A program made the translations under genes and the position numbers. A stretch of DNA of 47,710 nucleotides. Origin: Bacteroidales bacterium (GTDB lineage Bacteria; Bacteroidota; Bacteroidia; Bacteroidales; WRLA01). Of this stretch, positions 19,129 through 29,232 are shown piece after piece. The notes below the pieces were generated by a model. The model did no database searches. It saw only the letters and a program-made list of their open reading frames with translations, and was not told where the DNA came from. The stretch spans positions 1 to 47,710 of the forward strand of contig JAQUSR010000001.1 in assembly GCA_028710155.1 (NCBI GenBank), written 5' to 3'. The first letter of the stretch is position 1, and every line of letters starts with the position of its first letter.

Positions 19129-20442
19129 TTATTGTTTCCAATATTTATCAGTAAACTCTTGTTTAATAGCTACTTCCGATTTATTGAAATATTTTCTGAA
19201 CAACTCCCAAGTTCTATCCAACATTTGATCTACTTTCAAATCTACATCAATGGCTAACAAATCGTTGGAATAGTCTTTGGCGAAGTCGAGCACACGACGG
19301 TCGTAGTCGGTCAAATCGAAACCGTTTTCCAATTTTGTACGAGCGTTGGCTGCATCGGCATACAGACGGATGGCTGCGTTCATCACTTGCGGATGGTCGG
19401 CACGCGTCTTTTTTCCGATGACTAACTGTTTCAAACGCGACAAACTTCTGAACGGGTCAACAATGACTTTGCCGATTTCGGTATCTTTACGTAAAAATAG
19501 CTGACCTTCAGTGATATAACCGGTGTTATCGGGGATAGCGTGGGTTATGTCGCCACCGGAAAGTGTGGTAACGGCAATGATGGTGATGGATCCGCCATTC
19601 GGGAACTGCACAGCTTTTTCGTAAATCTTTGCCAAATCGGAATATAGCGAGCCAGGCATAGAGTCTTTGGATGGAATTTGATCCATACGATTCGACACAA
19701 TACTCAGAGCATCAGCATATAAAGTCATGTCGGTTAACAATACCAACACCTTTTCGTTTTTGTCGACTGCAAAATATTCGGCAGCCGTCAAAGCCATATC
19801 GGGAACGAGCAAACGTTCTACCGGCGGTGCTTCGGTGGTATTGACAAATGAAATGATGTGATCCAAGATTCCGGCATTTTCGAACAAATTCTTGAAATAA
19901 AGATAGTCGTCGTTGGTTAATCCCATACCACCCAATATGATACGATCGGCTTGAGCTTTCAACGCCACGTTTGCCATCACTTGATTATAAGGTTGATCGG
20001 GATCGGCAAAGAAAGGAATCTTCTGACCGGAAACCAACGTGTTGTTTAAGTCGATGCCGGCTATACCGGTGGCAATCAGTTCGGAAGGTTGTTTACGTTG
20101 AACGGGGTTGACAGAAGGTCCGCCGATTTCGCGTTCTTCGCCGTCCACTTCCGGACCGCCGTCGATGGGCTGACCGAAAGCGTTGAAAAAACGTCCGCAC
20201 AACTCATCACTCACCTTTAGCGTAGGCGCTTTGCCCAAGAAGGTAACTTCGGCATTGGTGGGGATGCCTTCCGTGCCTGAAAAGACCTGCAACGTAATTT
20301 CGTCTCCCCAAATTTTGACCACTTGCGCCAAACGACCGTGAATATAAGCCAACTCATCAAAACCGATTCCCGTTGCCTTTAAACTACACGTAGCTTTGGT
20401 GATCTGGCTGATCTTTGTATAAACTTTTTGAAATGCACTCAT
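19129..20442 (-). CDS. ntpB: V-type ATPase subunit B
   Basis: 437 aa. Typical regulatory-subunit sequence (PSVNP..R, GITNDDY, ITEGQLFL). Confidence 0.95.
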   Translation of the reverse strand: MSAFQKVYTKISQITKATCSLKATGIGFDELAYIHGRLAQVVKIWGDEITLQVFSGTEGIPTNAEVTFLGKAPTLKVSDELCGRFFNAFGQPIDGGPEVDGEEREIGGPSVNPVQRKQPSELIATGIAGIDLNNTLVSGQKIPFFADPDQPYNQVMANVALKAQADRIILGGMGLTNDDYLYFKNLFENAGILDHIISFVNTTEAPPVERLLVPDMALTAAEYFAVDKNEKVLVLLTDMTLYADALSIVSNRMDQIPSKDSMPGSLYSDLAKIYEKAVQFPNGGSITIIAVTTLSGGDITHAIPDNTGYITEGQLFLRKDTEIGKVIVDPFRSLSRLKQLVIGKKTRADHPQVMNAAIRLYADAANARTKLENGFDLTDYDRRVLDFAKDYSNDLLAIDVDLKVDQMLDRTWELFRKYFNKSEVAIKQEFTDKYWKQ

Positions 20443-20462
20443 TATATGTAATTTTTTATTTC

Positions 20463-22226
20463 CTATTTTATCATTCTCTCTTCTAACATTGCTGCTGCTT
20501 CTTGCTCAAATTTCTTAAAGTCATCTGATTGATAAACCGTATAATTCATCTGTTTATAGGTGTTAATCAAGCGTTTGAAATAGGGTGCCACCTCTTCAAA
20601 ACTTTCAAAATTGAAAGAGGCACGAGTGATTTTCACCATCTTTTCCAACATATATTTTTGACGTTCCATGGAGGTAGAAGCATCCACTTTATCAAAAGCA
20701 TCTTGTTGCAAAATAATAAAATCGACTAACTCCGATTTCCACAGAATGATATGATAATCAATAGGAACGCTGTCGTCTCCTAAAATGTTAATCTGTTCTT
20801 GCGTCTCTTTTCCGCGAACCAACACGTTGCGGGCTTCGTTGACGATGTTCACCCAATTTTCGTCCAATTTTTCTTTGGCAAATTCGATAAATTCGGGATA
20901 TTCCAAATATTTGGAGTAAGAATCCAAGGTGTCGATAGCGGGATAGCGTTTCGAGTCGGCACGATTTTGCGACAACGCATAGAAACAGCGTGCCGCCTTT
21001 TTAGTAGATTCTGTAACCGGCTCTTTCAAGTTACCGCCGGCGGGCGAAACCGTACCGATAAAGGTAACGGATCCTGTTTTTCCGTTGTTCAGATAGACGA
21101 TGCCGGCACGGGCATAAAATCCGGAAATAATGGCGGATAAATCCATCGGGAAGGCATCTTGCCCCGGAAGTTCTTCCAAACGGTTCGACATTTCGCGCAA
21201 TGCTTGAGCCCAACGTGAAGTGGAGTCAGCCAATAAAAAGACTTTTAATCCCATTGCACGATAATATTCGCCGATGGTCATAGCTGTATAAACTGAGGCT
21301 TCGCGAGCTGCCACCGGCATATTGGAGGTGTTGGCAATGATTGTGGTTCGTTCATACAACTTGCGCCCTGTTCGAGGGTCGTCCAACATCGGAAATTCGG
21401 AGAAAATTTCAACCACTTCGTTGGCACGTTCGCCACAAGCTGCCATGATGATGATGTCGGCATCGGCATATTTTGCCAACGCGTGTTGCAAAACGGTTTT
21501 TCCTGTTCCAAACGGACCCGGAATAAATCCTGTGCCGCCTTCCAAAATGGGGTTCATCGAATCAATAACACGCACGCCGGTTTCCAATTGACGAAATGGA
21601 CGCGGTTTGTCTTTATAGGCTTTGATGGCGAGTTTCACGGGCCAATATTGCATCATGGTTACGGGATGTAATGTGCCGTTGTCGTCTTTCAACTCGGCAA
21701 TGGTATCCAAAATGGTGTAATCGCCTGCACCGACTATCTTTTCGATGGTAAAAACGCCTTCCATTTTAAAAGGAACCATGATTTTATGGTCGAGCCAATT
21801 TTCTTTCACATTGCCCAACCAATCGCCGGCCGTTACGCGATCGCCCGCTTTTGCCAAAGGTGTGAACGACCATTTTTTATTTTCTTCTAAAGCGTGAGTA
21901 TAGCCGCCACGTTTCAAAAAAACACCTTCCATCTTGTCAAGGTCGTTTTGCAAACCGTCGAAGTTTTTGGAGAGTAGTCCCGGGCCCAATTTCACCTCTA
22001 ACATGTGTCCTTCAAATTCCACTTTTGAGTTGGGTTTAAGTCCGCGTGTGCTTTCAAACACTTGAACGTAAGCAATTTCTCCAATTACTTTGATGACTTC
22101 TGCCATCAGCTTTTCGTCGTTTAAAAAAATGTAGCAAATCTCGTTTTGAAACACGGGGCCTTCTACATGCACTAAAACCAAGTTCGAGATAATGCTGACT
22201 ACTTTTCCGGTTGTTTTTTGATTCAT
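20463..22226 (-). CDS. ntpA: V-type ATPase catalytic subunit A
   Basis: 587 aa. Walker A GPFGTGKTV, the non-homologous insert typical of A subunits, and the LPG.DAFP motif. Confidence 0.95.
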   Translation of the reverse strand: MNQKTTGKVVSIISNLVLVHVEGPVFQNEICYIFLNDEKLMAEVIKVIGEIAYVQVFESTRGLKPNSKVEFEGHMLEVKLGPGLLSKNFDGLQNDLDKMEGVFLKRGGYTHALEENKKWSFTPLAKAGDRVTAGDWLGNVKENWLDHKIMVPFKMEGVFTIEKIVGAGDYTILDTIAELKDDNGTLHPVTMMQYWPVKLAIKAYKDKPRPFRQLETGVRVIDSMNPILEGGTGFIPGPFGTGKTVLQHALAKYADADIIIMAACGERANEVVEIFSEFPMLDDPRTGRKLYERTTIIANTSNMPVAAREASVYTAMTIGEYYRAMGLKVFLLADSTSRWAQALREMSNRLEELPGQDAFPMDLSAIISGFYARAGIVYLNNGKTGSVTFIGTVSPAGGNLKEPVTESTKKAARCFYALSQNRADSKRYPAIDTLDSYSKYLEYPEFIEFAKEKLDENWVNIVNEARNVLVRGKETQEQINILGDDSVPIDYHIILWKSELVDFIILQQDAFDKVDASTSMERQKYMLEKMVKITRASFNFESFEEVAPYFKRLINTYKQMNYTVYQSDDFKKFEQEAAAMLEERMIK

Positions 22227-22309
22227 TGTATATGTTTTTTTGTTATAATCTATTTATTCACAATTCCGTTTTGATGTTTTCAAATAGGAAAAAATTGTCA
22301 TTCAGTTTA

Positions 22310-23137
22310 TTACAATTCAAATTCTTTTGAAAATTTAAAATCATCTTTGAAACGGTTCAATAAGGTTTCAAATACTTTTCTTCCTTGTTCGGTGGTCATT
22401 TTGCTCCAACGTTCCAAAATCATCATTTTCAACATAAAAGCAATCACGTTGTCGAAAGTGAAATACTTAAATTCGGTGGCTTCGTCCAAAAATTCCCAAT
22501 ACAGCATATCGATAGCCAACTCTCGTTCAGCCGGATTATCCTTTTCAAACAGCGATAACACCTTTTCAATATAGGGATAATCATCCGAAAGTTCAAAATC
22601 TTTAGCACGTGAAATTTTGAGTTGATGGGCAAAATGAGAAGATCCAATCACCTCTTTTTCAATATCTAAATGGAATTTTCGACAGTTGAGAGCCGTAATC
22701 AGATTTTTGATGTTCACCGAATATTCGGCATAACGTTGCACCAATTTGTTCTTTTGCGAAAGCATATATTCCCAATATTTTTCGCTCAAGTCGGTTTCGG
22801 GCAAACGATTCGATTCAATGTGGTCTTCTTTTTGTAAATCAAGGAGATAGTTTTTCAAATAGGGCGGCAGAAACATGGGGTCGTTCACTTCGTTTTCTAA
22901 TTGCTCTACATCAAATACGGTTGGCAATTCGAGATCGGGTGATTTTTTTTGCAAAATACGCAAAACCTGTGCATTATCGTTGGGAAGGAAAAACAGATTG
23001 ATAACATCCATTTCCTTGTTGGTCAGATAATCACTTAAATAGGATCGAATATCTTGCACTGAAAGAGATAGTTTTTTGTCGTCGGGACTGATTTCCGGTA
23101 AACCGGCAATCAAGCAATAATAATTTCCGCCCACCAT
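22310..23137 (-). CDS. DUF2764-like protein occupying the V-ATPase C/d-subunit position
   Basis: 275-aa ORF between the E and A subunit genes in the same orientation. This position is filled by a DUF2764 family protein in the Bacteroidales V-ATPase operons I recall. Confidence 0.6.
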   Translation of the reverse strand: MVGGNYYCLIAGLPEISPDDKKLSLSVQDIRSYLSDYLTNKEMDVINLFFLPNDNAQVLRILQKKSPDLELPTVFDVEQLENEVNDPMFLPPYLKNYLLDLQKEDHIESNRLPETDLSEKYWEYMLSQKNKLVQRYAEYSVNIKNLITALNCRKFHLDIEKEVIGSSHFAHQLKISRAKDFELSDDYPYIEKVLSLFEKDNPAERELAIDMLYWEFLDEATEFKYFTFDNVIAFMLKMMILERWSKMTTEQGRKVFETLLNRFKDDFKFSKEFEL

Positions 23138-23225
23138 TGAATTTCTGATTTTATTTTTTTTGATTGATGACGTTTGTGATGAAAAAAATCACGATATAAA
23201 AAATGGAAAAATTTTGTACAAATTT

Positions 23226-23882
23226 TTAGTTGAATAGTAGTTTTTTGGAATAATTTCGCAGATAGCCTTCGAAAAATTCATTAAACATCGCTTCCGAGAA
23301 GGTGATGCGATAGCTGCCGTCTTTCGGTTGAATGACAAAACCCTCTTTTTGAGCAGCATCGGCTTTGATAGTCAAGCCTGCGTTGAGCAACTCTTGATGT
23401 TTGGCAGCTAAAAATTGGTCGAATTGCGATTTTTCTTTTTCACTCAAAACCACGGTCAAATCGGGAGCACCGTTTTCAGGATTCCATTTTTTAATGATGG
23501 TTGCCATTAATTCGTTGATAAAAGCTTTATCGTTAAATGCTGTGGCTGTGATGTTTTGAGAAATCTTTTCGGAAATTAAACCGACAATTTGTTGTTTCAG
23601 CGATGCCGTGGCTTGTTTGACGCTCATGCTCATTTCAGCCTCTGTTTTTTGTTTCAGATTGACAGCTTCGGCTTGGGCGTTTTCTACTAAACTTTTGGCT
23701 TGATTTTGTGCATTTTTGATGATGTTTTGTGCTTCATCATTGGCTTTTTGAAGAATTTCTCGGGCATCGTTTTCGGCTTTTTCAATGCCTTCTTGGTAAA
23801 TTTTCTTCGTTAAAATGTCTAATTTGTTATCGTTGTTATCCATATTTTGAATAATATTTTTAAGGTGAATTTTCATTGACAA
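23226..23882 (-). CDS. ntpE: V-type ATPase subunit E
   Basis: The coiled-coil N-terminus is rich in A/Q/E/K (EAQNIIKNAQNQAKSLVENAQAEA) and is followed by a globular C-terminus. An alternative start is the ATG at 23843 (MDNNDNK...). Confidence 0.7.
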   Translation of the reverse strand: MSMKIHLKNIIQNMDNNDNKLDILTKKIYQEGIEKAENDAREILQKANDEAQNIIKNAQNQAKSLVENAQAEAVNLKQKTEAEMSMSVKQATASLKQQIVGLISEKISQNITATAFNDKAFINELMATIIKKWNPENGAPDLTVVLSEKEKSQFDQFLAAKHQELLNAGLTIKADAAQKEGFVIQPKDGSYRITFSEAMFNEFFEGYLRNYSKKLLFN

Positions 23883-23997
23883 TAACGATTGTCAAGTTTT
23901 ATTATTTTTTTTAAATCACAAATCTTTTAATAATCCGAAAAACACTTACTAGTATTGATTTTTTGTCATTTAAACCGTTTCTTTTCAATAATTATGC

Positions 23998-24005
23998 CAA
24001 ATTTA
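23998..24005 (-). promoter_or_regulatory. Candidate -7 box for the V-ATPase operon
   Basis: The minus strand reads TAAATTTG, 116 nt upstream of 23882. It is the only TAnnTTTG match in this intergenic region. Confidence 0.3.
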
Positions 24006-24060
24006 AATTTTTGACCAAAAACGTTTATTAGTACCGATGAATCTTTTTGGAGATAAAAGA

Positions 24061-25545
24061 CTACCATAAATTACTGAATGTCAATCTTATGAATGCTTGA
24101 AACCAAAATTTGTAATCGTTGTATTGATTCCATTGTCGATCAACATTATAATTAACGTTACTATAATAGAATTGTACGCCGGGATCCAGCGAAACCATAT
24201 CGGAAAAAATAAATCGAATGCCGGCGCCCACAAAGCCGCCAAAGCCGACACCGCCTTGTCGTATGTTATAGTAATTTTGATAGTTTTGGTCGTTCATATC
24301 TCGATAGCCGTGATAAATGATGTCGTATTCCAAAGGGGAACTAGCGTTATTTTTATTTTCAATATGAATGTCATTTTTTTTAACAATATTGGTAGTCAAA
24401 TTGACACCGCCTTCCAAATACCAACGAACAAAATCACCGCCATAAAAATCGTGGCAATATCCCACATTAATATAAAACCGATCTTCGATACCGCGAATTT
24501 TGCCTTCCGTATATCTTGGTTCAGCGGCGAAGGGTAGATCTTCATAAATTAAAAACAAATCAGTGGTTTTCAATTGATTATAATTGAATTCCACAAAAAT
24601 ACGGTTCGATTTGTTGAAATTCCATCCGCCATAAAAACCGATGTCGTAGCAAATGTTGTAGCTCATATCCATAGGAAGATTTTCTTCGGTTAACGAATCG
24701 AATTCGTATCCGATGGCTTCTACAATAGCTTGATGATAAATGGGTTGATAAGTATTCATCACAACAACGTTGATGCTATTCGCATTAGCGTCCAAGCCGT
24801 TGTAAAAATTTGCCGTATAATTATTGGGTTTCGACATTCCGGCGTTGATGCCGAGCATTAAACCGTGGCTGCCTTTTTCGCTACTTCTGAGTTTATGTTT
24901 TTGCGATGTAGTGGCTTTTTGAAGTGCTTCAGCTGCTATAGAATCTTTAGGAATTAATGTGGCAGAAATATCAGTTGTTTTGCTAGATGAAACGGCTACA
25001 TTTACAATGTATTCGTTATAGCCTTCGGCAGTCAAACGAACTTCATACGTTCCGGGTTTCAGTCCGGTAACAAATTTTGGAGTTTCGCCATTAGGAAATT
25101 CGTTGATTTGAATGGTTGCTTTTGGTGGTGTGCTCTTGATAAAAATGGTGCCTTTTGGAATAGTTTCTTTTTCCGAAATTTCAAAAAGCTCCATGATATA
25201 TACTTTTCCGGAGGTTAAAACCGGTGTTTTATATAACAATGTTTCGTAGCCCGATTTTTCGATGATCAACGAATTTTCGATAGGAGAGAGGTAGAGCCAT
25301 GTTTCGTTGGATTCCACAAAAGGAACTTGCTCGATGATTCCGGATTCTTTGACCGAAAAAGACAGGTTGCGTAGAGCGGTGCGAACCATAACGATAGCAC
25401 ACATTTGACCCGTTTTATCAAAACGATGATGCGTGAGGGCATCTTCGTTAGCGGCATCCAATTCAAATTTTCGGACTTCAAAACTTTGTGAAAATAAGCT
25501 GAAAATGAATGATATAGAAAGTATAAATGCAACGATTCGTTTCAT
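24061..25545 (-). CDS. PEGA-domain protein with a C-terminal beta-barrel-like region
   Basis: Signal peptide from the ATG at 25545 (MKRIVAFILSISFIFSLFSQ). PEGA-like segment (IKSTPPKATIQINEFPNGETPKFVTGLKPGTYEVRLTAEGY). The C-terminal half is Y/N/G-rich and ends in an aromatic residue (FSNLW). The ORF-track start at 25575 is a TTG that overlaps the promoter box. Confidence 0.6.
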   Translation of the reverse strand: MKRIVAFILSISFIFSLFSQSFEVRKFELDAANEDALTHHRFDKTGQMCAIVMVRTALRNLSFSVKESGIIEQVPFVESNETWLYLSPIENSLIIEKSGYETLLYKTPVLTSGKVYIMELFEISEKETIPKGTIFIKSTPPKATIQINEFPNGETPKFVTGLKPGTYEVRLTAEGYNEYIVNVAVSSSKTTDISATLIPKDSIAAEALQKATTSQKHKLRSSEKGSHGLMLGINAGMSKPNNYTANFYNGLDANANSINVVVMNTYQPIYHQAIVEAIGYEFDSLTEENLPMDMSYNICYDIGFYGGWNFNKSNRIFVEFNYNQLKTTDLFLIYEDLPFAAEPRYTEGKIRGIEDRFYINVGYCHDFYGGDFVRWYLEGGVNLTTNIVKKNDIHIENKNNASSPLEYDIIYHGYRDMNDQNYQNYYNIRQGGVGFGGFVGAGIRFIFSDMVSLDPGVQFYYSNVNYNVDRQWNQYNDYKFWFQAFIRLTFSNLW

Positions 25546-25572
25546 AAAAAAATCATGATTTTTAAAAGGTTG

Positions 25573-25580
25573 CAAAGATA
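25573..25580 (-). promoter_or_regulatory. Bacteroidota -7 promoter box
   Basis: The minus strand reads TATCTTTG, 28 nt upstream of the ATG at 25545. Confidence 0.5.
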
Positions 25581-25648
25581 CAATGATTTACAATAATTGA
25601 CGAATTAAAAAGTCGAAAATAAGGTTAAAAACGATTCATCATTCAACA

Positions 25649-26413
25649 TCATGGATTTGAAGTAAGCTTTATTTTTGGCGGTTCGATTCCTTGCATTTGT
25701 AGTTGCCTACAAATTGCATTAATTGAATGAAATTCAATATTTTTATGATGAACGTTTTCTGGATTTTGAGTGTTTTCGATCACCTTTTCCGATGTCAGAC
25801 TTGAATCGGCAACGATGTTTGTTGAATCATTAATAGTCGTGTTTTGTAACAAGTTTTGAGGCAATCGACCGGCAAACAAAAATCGGGAAGTATAATATTT
25901 GTTTCCATGACAATATTTTTCAATCATAACCCCTCGACTGCAACTGCTGTGCATCATTTCAATATAATTGCTATCCACCGAAACCACCATTGCAACATGT
26001 CCGACACGCGAGCTTTTTGTATTTCTACCTTTAAAAAATAATAGGTCGCCTTTTTTGATGTCGGAAAATTTGATTTTTTCTGTTAACGTAGCTATGGAAG
26101 CCGAAGAGTGCGGCAGGTGAATACCTTCTTGAGCATAAATATGGCTGACAAATCCCGAACAATCCAAAAAATTTCCGTTAGGAAGACGGTATCGATAGGG
26201 TTTACCTAAATATTTTTTTCCAAAATCGATGATAGGTTTGGCTTTGGCAAAAGAAAATTCTGAAAAATTTGAAGATGACGATAAGCTGTCCGTGACTAAC
26301 GTATCGTTGATCAATATGGCTCCTTGAACTATTGTGATTTTTAAAGGGAGTAATAGTAAACAAAATAAAATCAAATGATTTCGCAATTTTGAATGCATTA
26401 TTGAATTTTTCAA
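25649..26413 (-). CDS. NlpC/P60 (C40) family peptidase
   Basis: Catalytic Cys context LDCSGFVSHIY and His context GHVAMVV. An N-terminal signal sequence is present. Confidence 0.8.
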   Translation of the reverse strand: MKNSIMHSKLRNHLILFCLLLLPLKITIVQGAILINDTLVTDSLSSSSNFSEFSFAKAKPIIDFGKKYLGKPYRYRLPNGNFLDCSGFVSHIYAQEGIHLPHSSASIATLTEKIKFSDIKKGDLLFFKGRNTKSSRVGHVAMVVSVDSNYIEMMHSSCSRGVMIEKYCHGNKYYTSRFLFAGRLPQNLLQNTTINDSTNIVADSSLTSEKVIENTQNPENVHHKNIEFHSINAICRQLQMQGIEPPKIKLTSNP

Positions 26414-26507
26414 ATTTCGGGTCTTATAACGTAAAATGGTGTGGTGTATTGTAAATTTGTTTTTCGACCTTCAAAAAACTCGTTCTATGCCGCTTTAACA
26501 GCCGTTT

Positions 26508-27827
26508 TTATTCTTTTGTAAATACAAACTCCCCGCCGCCTTGTTTCAAAATCATCGTCTTCATTGTCGGGTTAAACTCTAAAACAATTCCCGCTCTGTC
26601 AAATTGAAATTTGTCTTTTCCTGTCGCTTCAAGCGGAAAGGATGCTTGTCCGGTTGCTTGCGCTATTAAAGTCTTGTCGTCTTTCGTAACTGTTATTATA
26701 AGAGGAAGTTGTTCGGAAGCATAAACACCCAAATACTTGTCTAAATCTTCTGAACTTACTTCGTAAACTGAGAAATCGGGGATGTCGTACGGCTTGTCGT
26801 AAACGGCACTCAATATCGCAATAGAAATATTGTTGTTCATGTAATTTGTTCCGTTTGATGTTAAAGCATAAGAGATGTCGCCATCAGAAAAATGGGAGAA
26901 TACGGCACTAAAACCGTCAATGCCGCCTGTGTGTCCGTAGCCTATTTTGTCGTAAAACGGAAGTTGAACCAAACCCATTCCATATCTATCTTTAATCGTC
27001 TTCATTAATTCAAGACTTTCTTCCTTCAACAGCTTTCCGGCGAACAAAGCGTCAGCAAATTTGGTCAAATCGATGGGTGTTGAAATGATGGCACCGGCTC
27101 CCAAAGGAATGGAATAATCCGTCTCCGGTTCAACTTGCCAAGTCTCTGAAAATTTGTATGATCTACATTCGTTATTCTTCGGATCGATTTTTCCAAAAAC
27201 ATCAGTGTTTTTCAAACCTATTCGTTTAATAATACGTTCTTGCAAAAGGTCAGAATACGATTTTTTCAATTCTTTTTCGAGAATATAGGTCAGAAGAACA
27301 AAATTGGAGTTGCTATATTCAGCTTTACTATCAGGCATAAAGTCGCTGCCGCCTTTTGCGATAATGGCAACCATTTCCTTCTCCGACTTAGGTTCAGTGC
27401 ACCAAGTCAAATAGTCTTTGTTGTTTGTGAAGTTGTGTATTCCGCTTCTGTGACTTAGCAAGTGTTGAACGGTTATTGTTTCTGCGTTTTTAATAGACGG
27501 AAACCACTTGTCAATCGTTTGATTGAGGTCAATGACCTTCTCTTCAACCGCTTGTAAAATTAAAACAGTCGTGAACGATTTGGAAATAGAACCTATTCTA
27601 TATTTAGAATTTTCGGATGCTTTAATGCCGGATTCAATGTCGGCATAACCGATTGATTTTGTGTAAATGAAGTCTCCGTTTTTTGAAACGGCTACACTTC
27701 CCATAAACTTATTATTTTCTTCGAGCGCATTAAAATAGTTGTCTAATTTGGTTTTGTCAAATGTTTGAGCAAAGCACAATTGGCTCAAAAATACTATCAA
27801 AAATGCAATTAATAATTTACGTATCAT
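26508..27827 (-). CDS. Serine hydrolase, beta-lactamase class C-like / esterase family
   Basis: Signal peptide. SxxK (SISKSF), YxN (YSNSN) and a HTG box (GHTGGIDGF). Confidence 0.85.
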   Translation of the reverse strand: MIRKLLIAFLIVFLSQLCFAQTFDKTKLDNYFNALEENNKFMGSVAVSKNGDFIYTKSIGYADIESGIKASENSKYRIGSISKSFTTVLILQAVEEKVIDLNQTIDKWFPSIKNAETITVQHLLSHRSGIHNFTNNKDYLTWCTEPKSEKEMVAIIAKGGSDFMPDSKAEYSNSNFVLLTYILEKELKKSYSDLLQERIIKRIGLKNTDVFGKIDPKNNECRSYKFSETWQVEPETDYSIPLGAGAIISTPIDLTKFADALFAGKLLKEESLELMKTIKDRYGMGLVQLPFYDKIGYGHTGGIDGFSAVFSHFSDGDISYALTSNGTNYMNNNISIAILSAVYDKPYDIPDFSVYEVSSEDLDKYLGVYASEQLPLIITVTKDDKTLIAQATGQASFPLEATGKDKFQFDRAGIVLEFNPTMKTMILKQGGGEFVFTKE

Positions 27828-27838
27828 TGGGTTATAAA

Positions 27839-28510
27839 TTATTTAGCCCATCTTTTGAGATGCGGGAAATAGGATTGCATCTGTTTGACGGCTTCCTCTT
27901 TTGAAAATTGAGTATGGCTATCTTTATTAAATTCAACAACAAATTGTGCGCAATGGGCAATCATCTCTTCCATGGTGCAATCTTGTGTAAAGGCACCTTT
28001 TTGGTAACAATAATGGCAATAATCCTGATTAGCCGAACCATCTTCATTCGTTCCTAACAAGTCATCGGTCGGCATCGGCATTCCGCAACTCTGACAAAAG
28101 CGATTAACATATTTACCATCTTTAACAAAGATGGCATCAATCCATAAAACTTCAGATACGGGAGTGAATTTTAAGACGCAATATTCCGGATCGTTTACGC
28201 CACCGGGGAAGTGAGGCAACATCCAATCACTCCACAAAGAGCGTTTGACCTCTTCATCTGTAACAATTTCTATATTGCCGGTAAAAACGACACTATCTTC
28301 ACCGCTAACGATGGAGATGCCGGCTTTTGGGTTTGCTCTAAAATGAGCGGTTTTGGCTGAGCTGTTGCCGGTGGATACATAAATGACATTACCTTCGTTT
28401 TTTAATTTTACTAAGGCTACCGGTCGCGGGAAACCGTTTTCATCAATGGAAGCTACGGTAACAATCTGAGCATCTGCGACAATCTGTGCCGCTTTTTCTT
28501 TAATATTCAT
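27839..28510 (-). CDS. Pyridoxamine 5'-phosphate oxidase-family (FMN-binding split barrel) protein fused to a C-terminal zinc-ribbon domain
   Basis: The N-terminal ~130 aa are PNPOx-like (VTVASIDENGFPRPVAL...). The C-terminal part has CQSCGMPM...CHYCY cysteine pairs. Confidence 0.65.
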   Translation of the reverse strand: MNIKEKAAQIVADAQIVTVASIDENGFPRPVALVKLKNEGNVIYVSTGNSSAKTAHFRANPKAGISIVSGEDSVVFTGNIEIVTDEEVKRSLWSDWMLPHFPGGVNDPEYCVLKFTPVSEVLWIDAIFVKDGKYVNRFCQSCGMPMPTDDLLGTNEDGSANQDYCHYCYQKGAFTQDCTMEEMIAHCAQFVVEFNKDSHTQFSKEEAVKQMQSYFPHLKRWAK

Positions 28511-28544
28511 TTTGGGTTATTTTTAAGGTTGTTAATCTATCAAT

Positions 28545-28979
28545 CTATTTTACTCTAATTCTAAACAAGCATTTATCTGCTCCATTGATGACTGTATCAA
28601 TCATTTCAACATCGAAGGTTTTTTCAGAATAGAGCTCTTCGAGAACGAAAAAAATACTTTGTCGCGAACACTCGCAATGCGTTGCTGATTGAGCAAATCC
28701 GCTGTGCATCAATGGACAGAAACATTTTGGATAACCAAATTCATAACAACGCCCTTTTTCTATGACGTTTTGAAAAGAATATTCATTATCAAACTGACTT
28801 GAAAAAAATTGATCCAAATCACCGCCACAAATTTCGTTTCGTTGTCGTAATATTGGTAATACGGTGTCTTTCACACAGTTAATAGCACACGAAAGATAGA
28901 TTGCAGCACATTGACTTTCAGGAAGTTTTGAGATTCCTTCTTCCAAAGTTCGGAAATATGATTTTTCTATTTCGTTCAT
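28545..28979 (-). CDS. Hypothetical cysteine-rich protein
   Basis: 144-aa ORF with 11 Cys, including CFCP and CEC clusters. Its own TAnnTTTG box lies 14 nt upstream. I could not name a family. Confidence 0.5.
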   Translation of the reverse strand: MNEIEKSYFRTLEEGISKLPESQCAAIYLSCAINCVKDTVLPILRQRNEICGGDLDQFFSSQFDNEYSFQNVIEKGRCYEFGYPKCFCPLMHSGFAQSATHCECSRQSIFFVLEELYSEKTFDVEMIDTVINGADKCLFRIRVK

Positions 28980-28992
28980 TTTGTTTTTTTGG

Positions 28993-29000
28993 CAAAGGTA
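28993..29000 (-). promoter_or_regulatory. Bacteroidota -7 promoter box
   Basis: The minus strand reads TACCTTTG, 14 nt upstream of the ATG at 28979. Confidence 0.5.
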
Positions 29001-29216
29001 TTGATTTTTTTGAACGATCGTCCAATTTTTCTTTTCCTCAAGTGATTTGAAACCTTTAAAAAAATGCTACCTTTGCAAGTGTTAAACGGGGAAAAAAACA
29101 GTATGGTTTTTTGAGCGTAGTTCTTCATCTTTTACTTGAAATATTTTTGGTAAAAATTGTTGAAACAGCTATTTGCAAAAACATTTAATGTGAGGGTTGA
29201 ATAGTCATTAACTTAA

Positions 29217-29224
29217 TATCTTTG
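29217..29224 (+). promoter_or_regulatory. Bacteroidota -7 promoter box
   Basis: TATCTTTG on the + strand, 9 nt upstream of the ATG at 29233. Confidence 0.45.
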
Positions 29225-29232
29225 TATCAATT

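Noticed and set aside
20529-21671. Several 60-113-aa ORFs on both strands inside the V-ATPase A-subunit gene; similar ones occur inside polA, metG, subunit I and mmdA
   Set aside because: All are fully embedded in strongly conserved genes and their products are low-complexity or Arg/Cys-rich, which is characteristic of out-of-frame translation.
23950-23966. 17-nt exact match tagtattgattttttgt, also present at 45492-45508, with a related gtattgattttttt at 28998
   Set aside because: I considered a shared regulatory site upstream of the V-ATPase and gap operons. In roughly 48 kb of AT-rich sequence one such 17-mer coincidence is not clearly beyond chance. The positions relative to start codons differ (~70 versus ~135 nt), and the motif is mostly a T-run.
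29068-29075. Extra TACCTTTG box on the + strand, 158 nt upstream of the M28 peptidase gene
   Set aside because: It could mark a small RNA or a long leader. A better-placed box exists at 29217-29224, and I see no structured element or ORF downstream. A single 8-mer match is insufficient.
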